Positions 23,559 to 37,293 of a stretch of DNA of 64,000 bases are shown one piece after another (within the stretch, counting starts at the first letter, position 1; the number at the start of each line of letters is the position of its first letter). A program made the translations under genes and the position numbers. Where the stretch lies: NCBI GenBank assembly GCA_002633005.1, contig NMRA01000023.1:1530689-1594688 (forward strand), written 5' to 3'. The notes under the pieces were generated by a model. The model worked only from the letters and a program-made list of their open reading frames with translations. It was not told the origin of the DNA and did not search any database. This DNA comes from Phoronis australis (taxonomy: Eukaryota > Animalia > Phoronida).

Positions 23559-23891
23559 GTCGTTATCAATATTCAGTGTATTGGCAATGTCGTTATCAAT
23601 ATTCAGTGTATTGGCAATGTCGTTATCAATATTCAGTGTATTGGCAATGTCGTTATCAATATTCAGTGTATTGGCAATGTCGTTATCAATATTCAGTGTA
23701 TTGGCAATGTCGTTATCAATATTTAGTGTATTGGCAATGTCATTATCAATATTTAGTGTATTGGCAATGTCTTTATCAATATCCAGTGTATTGGCAATGT
23801 CGTTATCAATATTCAATGTATTGGCAATGTCATTATCATTATTCAGTGTTTTGGCAATGTCATTATCAATATTCAGTGTATTGGCAATGTC
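23559..23891. repeat. 30-bp minisatellite, ~11 copies
   Basis: Unit gtcgttatcaatattcagtgtattggcaat. Confidence 0.95.
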
Positions 23892-24749
23892 TACTGATCA
23901 TTTAGTTCCTCTATATGAATGTAAGGCTTCTCAACTTGCACTTTGCACATTGCAGTTATGTGAAAAGTTGCGACCAACTTAGAAATTAAACATGAATTTT
24001 TTACTACACGAATTTTGCAGTTTCCAGTCATCTCATTGTTTGTTTATATTCAGTGTATTTATGGCAGTATGACCAAATTTTGGATGGAGGGATGTATGGA
24101 TATTTATAGTGTCCAGCAGATTTCTCCCTCGGTGTATTACAATATCCCAGAGAATAACATTGCCTAAAAGTGGACATTTCACAAGATTTTTATTGTTAAC
24201 ACTCTAAAACCTATTATTTTGTTTAAATATAGACCGTGTAGTTTTTCACTCCGAAAATTCAGCAGTGCACCTCTGAAACGTGCATCGGAGGGCAGTACAC
24301 ACGTCTGGTCTGTGTTCTCACCAAGTCATTCTCTGCAATTAAGCCATTGAGGTAAAGAGCAATGAAAATTTATTTTTACCCAGTCCTTGCACTAATTAAA
24401 AAGCCATGAAAAGAAGTATTCTTACAGTGTGAGCTTGTACCAACTTTCAGAACTGCAAAATGTTTGCTGTTCCAAATTCAAGAACTATGAGGAAGACAAA
24501 TTTTGCTTTGGCAGCTATTTTGGAGAATTTTATTTCAGACCTTGTTTTTACAAAGTGCAGCATCCAATATTTGGAGAATATGATTAACGCCAACATTGCC
24601 CATGTCCCAATTTTAAGAATACCAAATTTTAGAGACCTCCCAAACTGGAGAATTTTTAGCACTAGTAACAAAAATGAAGTACCAGTTTTGTTTTGTTTTG
24701 AAGGAAACTTCAGTTTACAAATTTTCACATTTTATTTAAAAATAATGGC

Positions 24750-24757
24750 ATTTATTG
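24750..24757 (-). promoter_or_regulatory. Candidate polyadenylation signal of the IGSF9 homolog (would give a ~2.8-kb 3'UTR)
   Basis: TTTATT on plus (AATAAA on minus) near 24751, with a second near 24731. Confidence 0.35.
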
Positions 24758-26832
24758 TACATACATGTACTTATAAGACATTCCCATAAATTACATTTAG
24801 TTTACATGTAACAAATGAACACACTGTGTTCTTCCATAATCTTTATGTAAACTTGCCAGTTTACACAATAAATTTAATTAAATTTTCAATTATAGCAGAC
24901 TCAAGTCTCAACAACATTACATAATTTGCTTTTACAATGCAGCTGTTTTCTTTGGAATATGCTCTGTGAACTAGAGCGACACCTGGTGGTAAGTATGAAT
25001 TACTCTGCAATTAAAATTTATCATTCCATGATACGAAATTGCAATATCAGGTGACCACATGCTGTTTGTAAGAAACATGCTTAGTCATAATACAATCCAT
25101 GCAATCCCATAAGCTATACAACCATGATCAGACTAACCTGTAGATGCACTGAAATCCGACATCTTTGTTTTGTCGTATCCACCTCGGAATGCCACAGTTG
25201 GGGTTAACAATTGAATAAGCTAAATGACAAATGCAAGCACTTGTTTACAAAATTATAGATAAAACCTTGCCCATTATCTGGAAAATGGCAAGTTTCACTA
25301 AATACTCGATCCTAAATGTTATAAGTAATAGTGGAGACTTTGATATCCAGTACAATGAATGTGATGTGATTTTAGTGTATTACACAAGTCAATATTGAAT
25401 AAAATAAGAGACCACGGTCTAATCACTGCTAGAAATTTAGCAAAACTGGCCAAATTACATGGCACCCTTAAGTAAATTAATTTACAAAATTTGTGCTCTT
25501 ACTATTATTCCGTGTGATTGGTTAAGTTTCAAGATAAGACCCTGGGCCCTGAAGTCTACACTTGGCAATAACTTCACTAAATAGTATACATCAAGTATTA
25601 AATGAGGTCTACACCCTACACACGGGTTTAGGCTGCAGTCAGAGCGTGCAGGTTTCTTAATGTGACAGATGTATTCAAATTGTGAGCACTCGTGGAAATC
25701 CAAAACTGTTCCCGTGGCCAAAGACAATTCATAGGAATTGGCCCACACGCTACAATTAATGTTAAAATAGCATAGAATGGCTTAGAAAATATTTGATAAA
25801 GATTTGTCGCAAAGTTGAAATCGATAGAAGTATACGATATGTGAATATTGGACTTTTGAAAACCTCCATGAAGATTGAATAGTACTTCAAACACAAAAAG
25901 TCAATAAAAGACTTAATGTTATTCAGAAAATACTGAATTTCAAAATAATCCAAGATATCAGTAATATACAGATTCCAGCCAAATTTGTTCAAAATCACAG
26001 GACCTGACACACAAAATGGCTGAACACGTGTGGTTAGAAAATTGTACAGTTTGAAAGGGTCTGATCTATTGCACACTCAGGTACAAGCCAAATTTGCTCA
26101 AAATCTGATCCCAGTTACAACAGCTGGAGCAGTGACCAGCATAACACAGAGAGATGCTGAAGACAGTAACAAAGCAGCCCGTCTGACAAACATCGTATAA
26201 AAATTGTACATTGGATATTAACTGCTGACAGCAGTATTTTTTATCTTACATAGAAAAGCTATCGAAAGAAATCTACTTTTCATGAAAATCTAAATTATTT
26301 ACATCACACAGAAGTCAGTTACAACAAATCAAATCTCAGCAAATTCATCAGGGCACCAACCATGGCCCAGCTGCATATATATCTTATATGTTGGATATCA
26401 ACGATGACGTCGCATCATCACACATCACGTTGGTACTGTTGAATAATTCATTCAGAGTCAGTGCAACAATTGAGCATATCCAGCAAACAAGTTTTATGCG
26501 ACAGGACCCTGGCCTTTAAGGTATCGATGTGTGCAATACATTTCGTTGTTTCATGAACAATGTACAGAGGTATGTACTAGACATAATCCTAGCATTTTAG
26601 TAGCAGTCTTTGCTAATTTACTTAAATCTGCATTTTCCTTCCATTAAACTGTGACAGTCCAAAATTACAAAACCATAGCTAGGCCAAACCCCCTACAATA
26701 CCAGTTGCAACTTTTTTCTCACTATAAATATGTCAAAGGGCATAAAGATCATTGACCATTTTATAAATAGCGAGACATCAAACACACAAAAGAGTGCGGG
26801 ATAGCAACCATCCCAAGAAGTCTGCTAGCAGA

Positions 26833-26986
26833 TGTAGGCATAGAAACTGTGGGCATAGAAACAGTAGGCCTAGAAACTGTAACAGTAGGCCTAGAAACTG
26901 TGGGCATAGAAACTGTAGGCCTAGAAACAGTAGGCCTAGAAACTGTAACAGTAGGCCTAGAAACTGTGGGCATAGAAACTGCAGGC
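26833..26986. repeat. Compound 15/21-bp minisatellite downstream of the IGSF9 stop codon
   Basis: Variants of gtaggcctagaaact / gtgggcatagaaact. Confidence 0.9.
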
Positions 26987-27538
26987 ATTACTTCATTTAA
27001 GTATGATTTCAAGCAGCATGAAGTTCAATTGATCATGGATACATCAAGTAACAGGTACAGTAGGATCTATCCAAAATAAATTGCCAACTTTCAGAGCAGT
27101 TGATCATCTAGCTGTGTGCCGTATGTATCACACAAATTTATGCTCAGGGATGGACATTGTTTTTCACCATTGGTAAAAAGATCAACCATGCCCGTTCTAA
27201 ATAAATATTGAAACCAATGCAATCACGCTATGGAGATTACTTCAAAGTGAAATGTGATAATCTTAATTATCACATTTCTTGATTTCACATTTCAGCATTA
27301 GGTAGATAGGAAGCACATAATTATATAAACTATACACAAAACTATATTATTTGCAATAGTTCACTTGACAATAATTCAAAACCAACCTTAAAACTCTAAC
27401 ACTATCAGTTTTCATCAACTAATTTTTAAACTGATCTGACCAACAGCGAAGTTCACCTGAACATAAACATTTAATTGGTCAAATGGCTGATTGATTCGTA
27501 TTTCCTCTCACAAGTTAAAAGGTCATTACCAAGTGGTG

Positions 27539-29471
27539 CTATAAAAGTTCACTTTCCAGCTCATACCCATACCTTGGTTGATAATGCGTTTTGTAGCGTA
27601 GCATGTCTTGATTTCGCCTATACTGTTGATACTCTTCCCGTAATCTCGCCATGCGCTCTGCATCTTCCGTCGATGTGTCAAACCGCGATGAATTACCGCT
27701 GTGGGGTTCCTGTAGAGATTCTTTTGACCGCCGGCGCCCTCCAGTGGAATGTTGGTTGTACGTGCGCAGGGCATCAAGCAGCTCGGAACCCAGAGGCTCC
27801 GAGTCAAACTCGTAGTTCTCGTCTCCTGAGATCTCCCGTTTGTGCTTCGAGTCAACGTAAGTTGGCGCATCACTGCTCAAGTCCTCAGTGTTAGTCACAA
27901 TACCCGAACTCTGTGATGTCAGGTGACCAGACGTGCTACGTGATGTGTTACGACTACCACTGCCCACTCCACTACTGTAACTGTCCGGAGAATGTCCATT
28001 GTGAGATAACTGGTAGTCTAATGGGACATTTCCCCGATAACCACTGGGTACTGTACGGACATTGAGAGGTCTACTGGACAAGCCGTTGCTGCTACTACCC
28101 CTACCAGAACTACCACTGGTAACACTAACTCTGTTAGCTGGAATGTCTTTGTAAGGCATCACGCCACTACTATACAACGCTGGCTGAACGGATCGATCAG
28201 GTTCAGAATTCCCAAATGAATCGCCATCACTGAGGCTAGCAGCTTGCAGGGCTTGGTTTCGGATTTGGCGTCTTGATCGCGGCAAGCGCCGGACTTTCTC
28301 CACGGCTCCCTGTAGCTGATCACGAGTATAAGCTAATGGCTTCGTGTTTGTGTCGGAGTTGTCCGATTTCTGAGGAGAAGGAGGTATTCTGGCTATTTTC
28401 CTACTTGGGCTTTCCTCCCTGTAGTTCCCATTCACTTCAGCACCCCCAGGTAGGTTATTCAACTTATCCTGAGAACTTGTTCTAATCGGGGCACTCTCGT
28501 GGAATCCCGAAAACGGGGGAATGGATGACATGTTGATATACGGTGAATTATTCGGATGTAGGTAGTCCTGGTGCCATGAAGGTCTTTCTGAGGATGGTGG
28601 ATAGACAGAGCTGATGTCACTGTTGAACGGTACATCTTGAAGCTCGCTCTCTGTAAGGTAAGTTTGCTGTGAGGGTTTCATGGAACTGTGACGTGGAATC
28701 TGACCTCTGTTGTTGGAAGGATAGTTTGGTGTTGACGGTTCAGTACTATAAAAACTATCCATGGGTATGTGGGGATTGGTCGAAGGATGACCATGCCAGT
28801 TTGGTAAGGCTGTGCCATACAGGTTGGCAGGAACATGTCCTTGTGGTAAGGCCATGTGATCCCTTATAGCGGAGAAAGGGGGGTACGGGCTTCGATTATA
28901 TTCCGATGGGACACCCGAGTAATGTGTATTAAACTGAGGACTTACATTGTCAGTCTGCAGAGGATATCGCGAGTTGAGTGGAGCATTCGGTGAGGACGGC
29001 ACAATGCTGTGAGGGTATTCACCATCGTTATATGGATGGACTTCAGATTCATGACTTGTATCATGCTGCTGTGAATCACTAAAATATGAGGGTGGTGCAC
29101 TACGGGGCACTCTAGGTGGTTTAGGTATGGGGTAATTAACATTATACTCTGGATACAGGAAGACATCATCAGAGCCATTCTCACCATTCACTAACTGTCT
29201 CTCATTTGGACGTGACATTTTTGACCCAGAATGTCCATAATTCACAGACGGCGGCGGCAACTTGTGTTGCTCTTTATTCACACTCCACGACTTCTCCGGT
29301 TGCGACTGAGCAATTCGGTGCTCAAACAAATGGGAATCTGGATCGGGTGCCGCTTTCTTCGGTGAAAGACTGTTGGCTTTGTACCACTGGCGATAACTCT
29401 CTTCCACCAGGAAGATCCTGTTGTGTCTGGTCATACCGAAACCTCCACGATCCGGCTCATCTTCTTTGGAC
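27539..29471 (-). CDS. IGSF9: IGSF9/turtle homolog, large terminal exon (disordered cytoplasmic tail)
   Basis: Acceptor tttcag| at 29471 within the 664-codon ORF. Contains GDENYEFDSE and ERMARLREEYQQYRR, resembling vertebrate IGSF9/9B DENYEWDSE and RCAALREEF motifs; ends ESELL-stop. Confidence 0.9.
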
Positions 29472-31721
29472 CTGAAACACGTGATCGACAAGCTTAAGAC
29501 AAGAAGGGCGACTAAAAGAAAACAGACGTGCATCGAGATTTAGCTCTCGCCCCCAAAATAATGAAAAAAAGTACACTAATTGTTACAGGGTCCGAATGTA
29601 TCACAAGCTAAGGGGCGAACTGCCCTAGTTTAGTTGCTCATTTTTTCATAGCCTAGTAGGTTCTGACAACAAAGCCCAAAAATGCTCTCAATTATTTGTT
29701 TAAAGTTCGTTTTAAACCTATGAAGTACCTTTATTGGTTTTGCTTCAAGGTTAAAAGCAAAAAGGCACTTCCAAGATTAAAAATAAAGTGATTAAAGCAA
29801 TAACCATGTAATTGTGCTTGATCGAAATACTACTGTATGGGGGAACACTTCTGTGTCAGTGCCAGATAGTGTGTTCTTGGATCTGTGACTCAAGACTCAA
29901 GATAAAATTTTGATCTTATGCTCCCACTACAAAATTGCTATATAAAGGTTTAGCCAAGTACTTATGGGCACGTCACAGTTTAGAAATAATTTATAGAGAT
30001 TATATCAGGAGCAGTTATGTGCAGAGACTTTGCACTTTTGCTCACAGAAGTGATATTTTATCATTTTTCAGAAACAGTTGTGTTGAGTCTCTTGAAATGA
30101 AACATCCGACTCCTACTTTCAGATATGTCAGGAGTATAGGCTTAAAATACAGTTTACAGATATTTTGTCCAACAGTCTGCATCAAGTGCACAATGTCCGG
30201 AGGACTGTAAAGAACAGTCAGCCTCCCACCCAACATAGTGGAGCAAACATAAGCCACTCGACGCCATCCTTTACACATCCGAGCATTGCCCGCTTCTGAC
30301 AAAATATTCACGAGTGTACTGCGAGTCTCTCAAGACATGGTGGGCTTTTTTTCAAAAGAAGAAATTATCAAGTACCTCCCCACCTGACCCCCTTGAGTGA
30401 AATACTTCGCAGACAGAGAATTTTTTATCACCTCGTAACATGACATATCAGTTCTTGTGTGCATTGAACTGAATGAACTATTGGAGTTGCATGTTGTATG
30501 AACACCAGGAGTTTGCAAGCCAGTGTCCGTATTTCACCAGTCTGCGATTCCTAGACAAACCTTAACCCAGTACTAGATTTGAATTTCTGTCTCTGATATG
30601 TTTGAGTTGTGTATTAAAACTTGATAAGGCCAAAAACAGCATAATTACTTCTGGTCTCTGCTTTTTGAAAATCAAGTCATTGGACCATTATTTTTTACAG
30701 CAAAAATGATTCAGGATTTTTTACTCCACTGCCTGGCAAATCATGGCCTTTCAAACCTTGCTCACCCTTGTTTATGTATCCTTGTGCAGCTTTTGGATGA
30801 AATTGATACGGGACGACTTTTTTAGTTGGGGTAAAGACCAGAACCAATTTTGTTTTTGTGGCTTAATGAGTTAAATCTGTTTTTTTCAAAAAGCATTAAA
30901 ACAAAGATAATAGAATCTATAATCGCATCAAGTGATAAAATTCTTTCTTTAAATTTTGCAGTTTAAATTAAATAAAAACAAAAACTGAACACAACAATTT
31001 TTAAATTGCTATTCAAAAATAAAAATCAAACAAGAGCAGGTCTTGAAATCGACTAAATTAACAGAATCTTGAAACAACACAAGATACGGTAAACTCTCTC
31101 CAATTTTGGACAAAAATAATTGCTAATTAGTTAATTTTTCCTAATTATTGAAGGCTTCTAACATTGTCCTACATGTTCACAATTTCTTGTTTACAATTTC
31201 TTTTTTCACAATTTCTTCTTCACAATTTCTTGTAACATTGTCTGGAGGTAAGTATGGTATAAAAATTACTGACTACAAAAACCATCTTCCAGCACAAAAT
31301 CAAAATTTTTTAATTAGACCACTTCCCATCATGAAATTGGGTCTCAAATTATTCCTTACTCGATGTGATTTCCGGGCTTCGAAAGAGCTGGCAGTTAGTT
31401 ATTGGTTGAGACCAGGGTCAAGGGTCAACAAGTTGGCTTGTCAAGGCGACATTTTATATTGTGCCACGCGTGATCTCATGGACTAATGGATTAGCAGCGC
31501 TTTGCAAACCTAGAAATGACGTGCCATCCAAGGAACAAGTAGAGACCAATTTTACAGTAGCAAAAGGTCAAAATCAAAAGCACACTTCCTCGACAAACCG
31601 CAGCGGTTATATTATTTGGTAATTAAAGCTTTTATTTAGTTCTTATTGTCTATAGAAAAACAAAAAGACACATTTCATTTGTCCATCATGCCGAGTCCAA
31701 AATTGGTGAGATTTTACTGTA

Positions 31722-32021
31722 CACACAATGAAGAATCGTGTATGCAACCAGAATAACACAACAAAGAGTCGTGTGTGCACCCAGAATAACACAACAAAGA
31801 GGCGTGTGTGCACCCAGAATAACACAATGAAGAGGCGTGTGTGCACCCAGAATAACACAACAAAGAGGCGTGTGTGCACCCAGAATAACACAATGAAGAG
31901 GCGTGTGTGCCTCCAGAATAACACAACAAAGAGTCGTGTGTGCACCCAGAATAACACAATGAAGAGGCGTGTGTGCATCCAGAATAACACAATGAAGAGT
32001 CATGTGTGCACCCAGAATAAC
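31722..32021. repeat. 30-bp minisatellite, ~10 copies
   Basis: Unit cacaatgaagaggcgtgtgtgcacccagaataa-like. Confidence 0.9.
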
Positions 32022-32129
32022 CTCATGCCATCACTGAAAGTACGTGACCAAAGCTCAAAGCCACAAGCATCACCGAAACATACGTGGGGACATTTACTCA
32101 CAACAACTTCTGACATTCAAACACCAGGA

Positions 32130-32545
32130 ACCAGGGGCTAATCTTTTTTAACTCCAAATCGAACTAGAAATTATTTTTTTTTAAGTTTCTATTCTACTTT
32201 TGTGCGAGATAAGTGTCCATTATTCTATGCTTTTAGTATATTATACCGTATTTAGATGACCATCTAATCCTAGTTTGCACTTCATGACCCCAGCACTAAA
32301 GATAAAAGTTCGAGTCTGAGCTTTTAGTTATTTTATTTGAAATCTCAAGATTTTACTTGAGTTCGTAGCAATGATGAATCTAGAGGTCATCAAGTTCGAA
32401 CTTAAACTAAAAAGTGTGCATATAAAACATACTGTACTTAGGTCAGACTTATAGACACTTATCTTGAGTTCACACAAAAAGCAAAAGGGAAAATGCCGAA
32501 AATAAAGTCCAGTTTGATTTAGAGTATAGCGATTAGGCCCGGGCC
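32130..32545. mobile_element. Fold-back MITE (long imperfect palindrome); related half-copy at ~19015-19206
   Basis: Ends CAGGGGCTAATC / GATTAGGCCCGG; internal arms agataagtgtc / gacacttatct. 32258-32322 is the reverse complement of 19020-19078. Confidence 0.6.
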
Positions 32546-33988
32546 ACAGGACACCACCTCCTAAACCATGGCAGGGTGATCAATCATTGTAATAACCCCA
32601 CAAATTGTTTCCTTCAGGATGTTGCGTGTCACCAGAGTACTTAAAGCCACTAACAGAATGACTGCTAAAAACCTCGCACATATTTTAAAATGCCACCTGT
32701 TGGCCACATCACGTGACCAAATATTCTGCTAAGTGGGCTAGAGCGTCTGCACGATTAGCAGAAACGGTGGCGGCAAATATCTTTTCAGACGTATATTAGG
32801 TCACATGATGTGGCCAACAGGTGGCATGCAGACTAGACTTGTGATCTATATTTAAGATTTACGTGTTCATGTGCTGAAAACCTGATTTTGTCATCAATAT
32901 GACCAAGTTTAATTTGACATACTAGATTTAAGTAACCGTAGTTAGTTTAACATGACTATATTAATGGATATTCAAATGAAGGCCAGTTATGACTTTTGAG
33001 GCAAGATTCGCCGCCGTAAATTCAATTGATACAAAAACTGACAATTTTAATTTGGCTTTGGTATCACTCCTTATATGTGGAAACAAGGGGTTTATGTTTT
33101 GAAATTATGACCACATGGATATTACAGTTCATATTCTACAAGTTCCAGAAACAACCAATGCCCTGAAGACTCATATTCTTATTAACGCTGTAGTAGAACT
33201 AGTCTTTCAAAATTTGAAGGTCAGTGCATCAAGAACTTTTAATTACAACATGAATCATAATGCAAGCGCTTGATGCTGAAACCTTCTTTTGTGCAAATAC
33301 AATGGAGGCTTGGGACTAGTGAGGTAAACAGTCACATCGGAATCTAGAGGGCGCCAGTTGTCAGCATAATGTGACTGGTCTTACTTTCCACACACTTATT
33401 TGTATATTAATCAAAAGAACAAGACAAGACTATTGCACAGCAGAGTTCAAATGTGGTTGAGCAAATTAATTTGAGCCTGAGGTTCTCACAGGACTAGAAA
33501 ACATGTGACCTCCACAAAAATTGAGGGAATCGCCATCAGTAGAAAACAACGGAAAGATTGATTTTCTGTGGATTACTTAGATCAAACATCATTTGCCATT
33601 GATTAGCCCACTAAAGCAATGAATTTCACACCTTTCATGATTAAATAGTGCCCTCGCTGCAAAAACATTCAAATTTGAACTCTGATTGTCATACAACAGC
33701 TATACATCTATCATCCAACTATTTAGGTAAGATGGTTATACCATTACATGCAGGGGGGCCATGCAAACATCAGACGAGGATTTCACCTGTATGGTTCAAG
33801 TTCCTGATAGCATGGGGAGACAGAAAAAGGTTAATAACATGTTAGTAGGTTAATAATATGTTAGTAGAGTGAAACAGTTGTTCTACGGTACTGCCAACCA
33901 TGAAAGGACACTAAGACAATGTTTAGTTTGTAAGTTCTCCAACTAGATACCTACGGAAACAATGCCAGGTAACCCTTGTCAAACATTC

Positions 33989-36476
33989 TAAGTTTGGAGA
34001 ATGTTTGAATAATCTTATAAAGTCTGCTTGCTTAGCAAAAGCAAGGGTGCGTTCCGTACATGTAAGAATTTTGCCAAAAAGCAAGATGATGCGAAACTGG
34101 AATACGCTTAGGACAATGGCAAAGTACCCATTAATGGCAGCCACAGAGGTTATTGGTCAGCTAATTAAGTTGTAATGCTAACTTATGTGACAGAAGATAC
34201 TGTTTCTGTTCTGTAAGCAAATATTTTTTGCCACAAGCGCTTTGTAAGTGTCTCAGGCGTAAGAAACTCGATCAGCCAATGTTTCAATTGAGTTCATGGA
34301 CAGCTGTGAGGAACCCCCAGGCCACAACAGGAATATCTGTTTTAGCTGACAAACCTTTCACCACTGGAAGGCATATACTAATCAACATACAAGGGCACGT
34401 GACAGACTTAATTTTGCGTGAAATCAACCTACAGAGTTTAGTATCCTTTTAAGTTTTGGCAGAATACCGGAAGCAATGGAAAACGATAAGAAGCAAACAT
34501 GTACATTACACTAGCATGTTAGTAGTTAAGAACAACTCGCACAATTTTGTCGTTAATCTGCGGCACTATTGCCACTTTCCCATTGATGACGCAACTCCCA
34601 TTTTGCAGAATTACGGTCACTGGGAAAGTGCAACTACCGGCATTAAACAGTCATCACCTGACTCTTCTCAAAATAGTTCGATTAAACTGAGGCATTGCTC
34701 GCTCCCCTCAAACACAAAATGTTTACTCTACTCCACTAGAGGCCGCAGCATGCATCACAGGTGTTCAATCGAAAGAGCAAATCAACTATGCCATCTCAGG
34801 TTTAATTCCCATAACTGGTGAAAATTCTGAGAGAAGTTTGTGAGAAAGATAAGGGGAGTTGCAATGGAGTAGCGATAGACCAGAGTTTCACTAATGGGGA
34901 AAGTGAGATGGGAAAGGTTAGCTTGGAAAATCCAGCCTGTGAACAAAATTCTTGAGCAAAGGGTTTCTTTGGTCATTCTACCAAAGGTGGGGATTCCCCC
35001 CCCCCCCCCCCCCCCCACCNNNNNNNNNNNNNNNNNNNNNNNNNNNNNNNNNNNNNNNNNNNNNNNNNNNNNNNNNNNNNNNNNNNNNNNNNNNNNNNNN
35101 NNNNNNNNNNNNNNNNNNNNNNNNNNNNNNNNNNNNNNNNNNNNNNNNNNNNNNNNNNNNNNNNNNNNNNNNNNNNNNNNNNNNNNNNNNNNNNNNNNNN
35201 NNNNNNNNNNNNNNNNNNNNNNNNNNNNNNNNNNNNNNNNNNNNNNNNNNNNNNNNNNNNNNNNNNNNNNNNNNNNNNNNNNNNNNNNNNNNNNNNNNNN
35301 NNNNNNNNNNNNNNNNNNNNNNNNNNNNNNNNNNNNNNNNNNNNNNNNNNNNNNNNNNNNNNNNNNNNNNNNNNNNNNNNNNNNNNNNNNNNNNNNNNNN
35401 NNNNNNNNNNNNNNNNNNNNNNNNNNNNNNNNNNNNNNNNNNNNNNNNNNNNNNNNNNNNNNNTAAGTTTGGAGAATGTTTGAATAATCTTATAAAGTCT
35501 GCTTGCTTAGCAAAAGCAAGGGTGCGTTCCGTACATGTAAGAATTTTGCCAAAAAGCAAGATGATGCGAAACTGGAATACGCTTAGGACAATGGCAAAGT
35601 ACCCATTAATGGCAGCCACAGAGGTTATTGGTCAGCTAAGTTGTAATGCTAACTTATGTGACAGAAGATACTGTTTCTGTTCTGTAAGCAAATATTTTTT
35701 GCCACAAGCACTTTGTAAGTGTCTCAGGCGTAAGAAACTCGATCAGCCAATGTTTCAATTGAGTTCATGGACAGCTGTGAGGAACCCCCAGGCCACCACA
35801 GGAATATCTGTTTTAGCTGACAAACCTTTCACCACCGGAAGACATATACTAATCAACATACAAGGGCACGTGACAGACTTAATTTTGCGTGAAATCAACC
35901 TACAGAGTTTAGTATCCTTTTAAGTTTTGGCAGAATACTGGATGCAATGGAAAACGATAAGAAGCAAACATGTACATTACAGAAGCATGTTAATAGTGAA
36001 GAACTCGCACAATTTTGTCGTTAATCTGCGGCACTATTGCCACTTTCCCATTGATGACGCAACTCCCATTTTGCAGAATTACGGTCAGTGGGAAAGTGCA
36101 ACTACCGGCATTAAACAGTCATCACCTGACTCTTCACAAAATAGTTCGATTAAACTGAGGCATTGCTCACTCCTGACAAAATGTTTACTCTACTCCACTA
36201 GAGGCCGCAGCATGCATCACAGATGTTCAATCGAAAGAGCAAATCAACTATGCCATCTCGGGTTTAATTCCCATAACTGGTGAAAATTCTGAGAGAAGTA
36301 CGTGAGAAAGATAAGGGGAGTTGCTATGGAGTAGCGATAGACCAGAGTTTCACTAATGGGGAAAGTGAGATGGGAAAGGTTAGCTTGGAAAATCCAGCCA
36401 GTGAACAAAATTCTTGAGCAAGGGTTTCTTTGCATGGTCATTCTACCAAAGGTGGGGATTTCCCACCCACCCCCAA
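33989..36476 (+). repeat. Near-identical ~1-kb direct duplication (33989-35019 vs 35464-36476) flanking an N-gap
   Basis: Copy 1 ends in a poly-C at the gap and copy 2 starts exactly after the gap; differences are allele-like. Confidence 0.9.
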
Positions 36477-36824
36477 TGAAATCATCACAGGCCGGTATTT
36501 CACCCTCCCAGGGAAGTCAGCAATCGTGTTATGTTTTGGCTAGAATTTGCCATCATTTGCTATGAATCATCTGAGGTATCAATTCTGTCAGGTGTCAAGG
36601 AAATGCATTAGTTTGGATTGTTAATATCCTTCGACATACCTTGCCCATCATGTAGAGAGAAGTTATTCAGGGGAAACAACCACAGTTTTGTCCAGCTATA
36701 GTGTGAAGTTAGCTTTCTTGTAAGTATCAAATGACGAGTTGGTAAGTAATCACAAAGTTGACGAACATTGTCCAATCAAAAAAGGTTGCACTGTAGTCAA
36801 GGCGACATGGTTTTGTCAACTTAC

Positions 36825-36888
36825 ATAATCAGTGGAGCAGGATGTGTTGTGTGATTGGTGTCTATGTACTTGACGTTGTTTACTGCAC
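36825..36888 (-). CDS. IGSF9: IGSF9 homolog, juxtamembrane cytoplasmic exon
   Basis: ttgcag|(S)AVNNVKYIDTNHTTHPAPLI|gtaagt; phase 1 in, phase 2 out, which bridges the TM exon to the phase-2 terminal exon. Confidence 0.75.
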
Positions 36889-37158
36889 CTGCAACATAAC
36901 AACAGATGTAAACTTAGACATTAAGAAGACCATGTAAACCCTTATAAGCTTAAAAATGAGAAACAGCAAAAATAGCCACTAAACAACCACACTAGTCTGT
37001 CAGATATAGAGTGGTGGTGGTCCCTATTCACCAGTCAGTCGGATGTAGAGTGGTGGTGGTCCCTTTACAATACTATCAATACTGTACAAAAAAAAAATCT
37101 TTAATAGCCTAATATTTGAGTTTCAGGAATATGGGAAATTCAAGTGCGTAACACTCAC

Positions 37159-37293
37159 TGTACTTGACCCGTTTCTGATGGGCCTTCTTCCTGCGTATCC
37201 GCACAATGAACACCACGGCAACGATGAAGACAACAAGAATGGCAATGCACGCTGCTGATATCCCCCAGATGGCAGGCTCAGACAGGCGAATTT
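37159..37293 (-). CDS. IGSF9: IGSF9/turtle homolog, transmembrane exon
   Basis: ttgcag|(E)IRLSEPAIWGISAACIAILVVFIVAVVFIVRIRRKKAHQKRVKY|gtgagt; hydrophobic helix followed by a basic stop-transfer segment. Confidence 0.92.

Noticed and set aside
23517-23982. Repetitive ORFs (NIDNDIANTL, YWQCRYQYSV, LAMSLSIFSV)
   Set aside because: They are translations of a 30-bp minisatellite open in several frames, with no splice or homology support.
29472-29533. Apparent signal peptide at the start of the 664-aa ORF (MHVCFLLVALLVLSLS)
   Set aside because: It is the pyrimidine-rich intron end before the tttcag acceptor; the ORF is the cytoplasmic terminal exon of IGSF9.
31643-32141. Cys/His-rich repetitive ORFs
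   Set aside because: Artefact of a 30-bp minisatellite.
36640-36695. Additional IGSF9 cytoplasmic exon (tag|CTGGAC...CAAG|gtatgt), and a similar candidate at ~31357-31388
   Set aside because: Neither alone preserves phase between 36825 and 29471, which already join in frame; no homology support.
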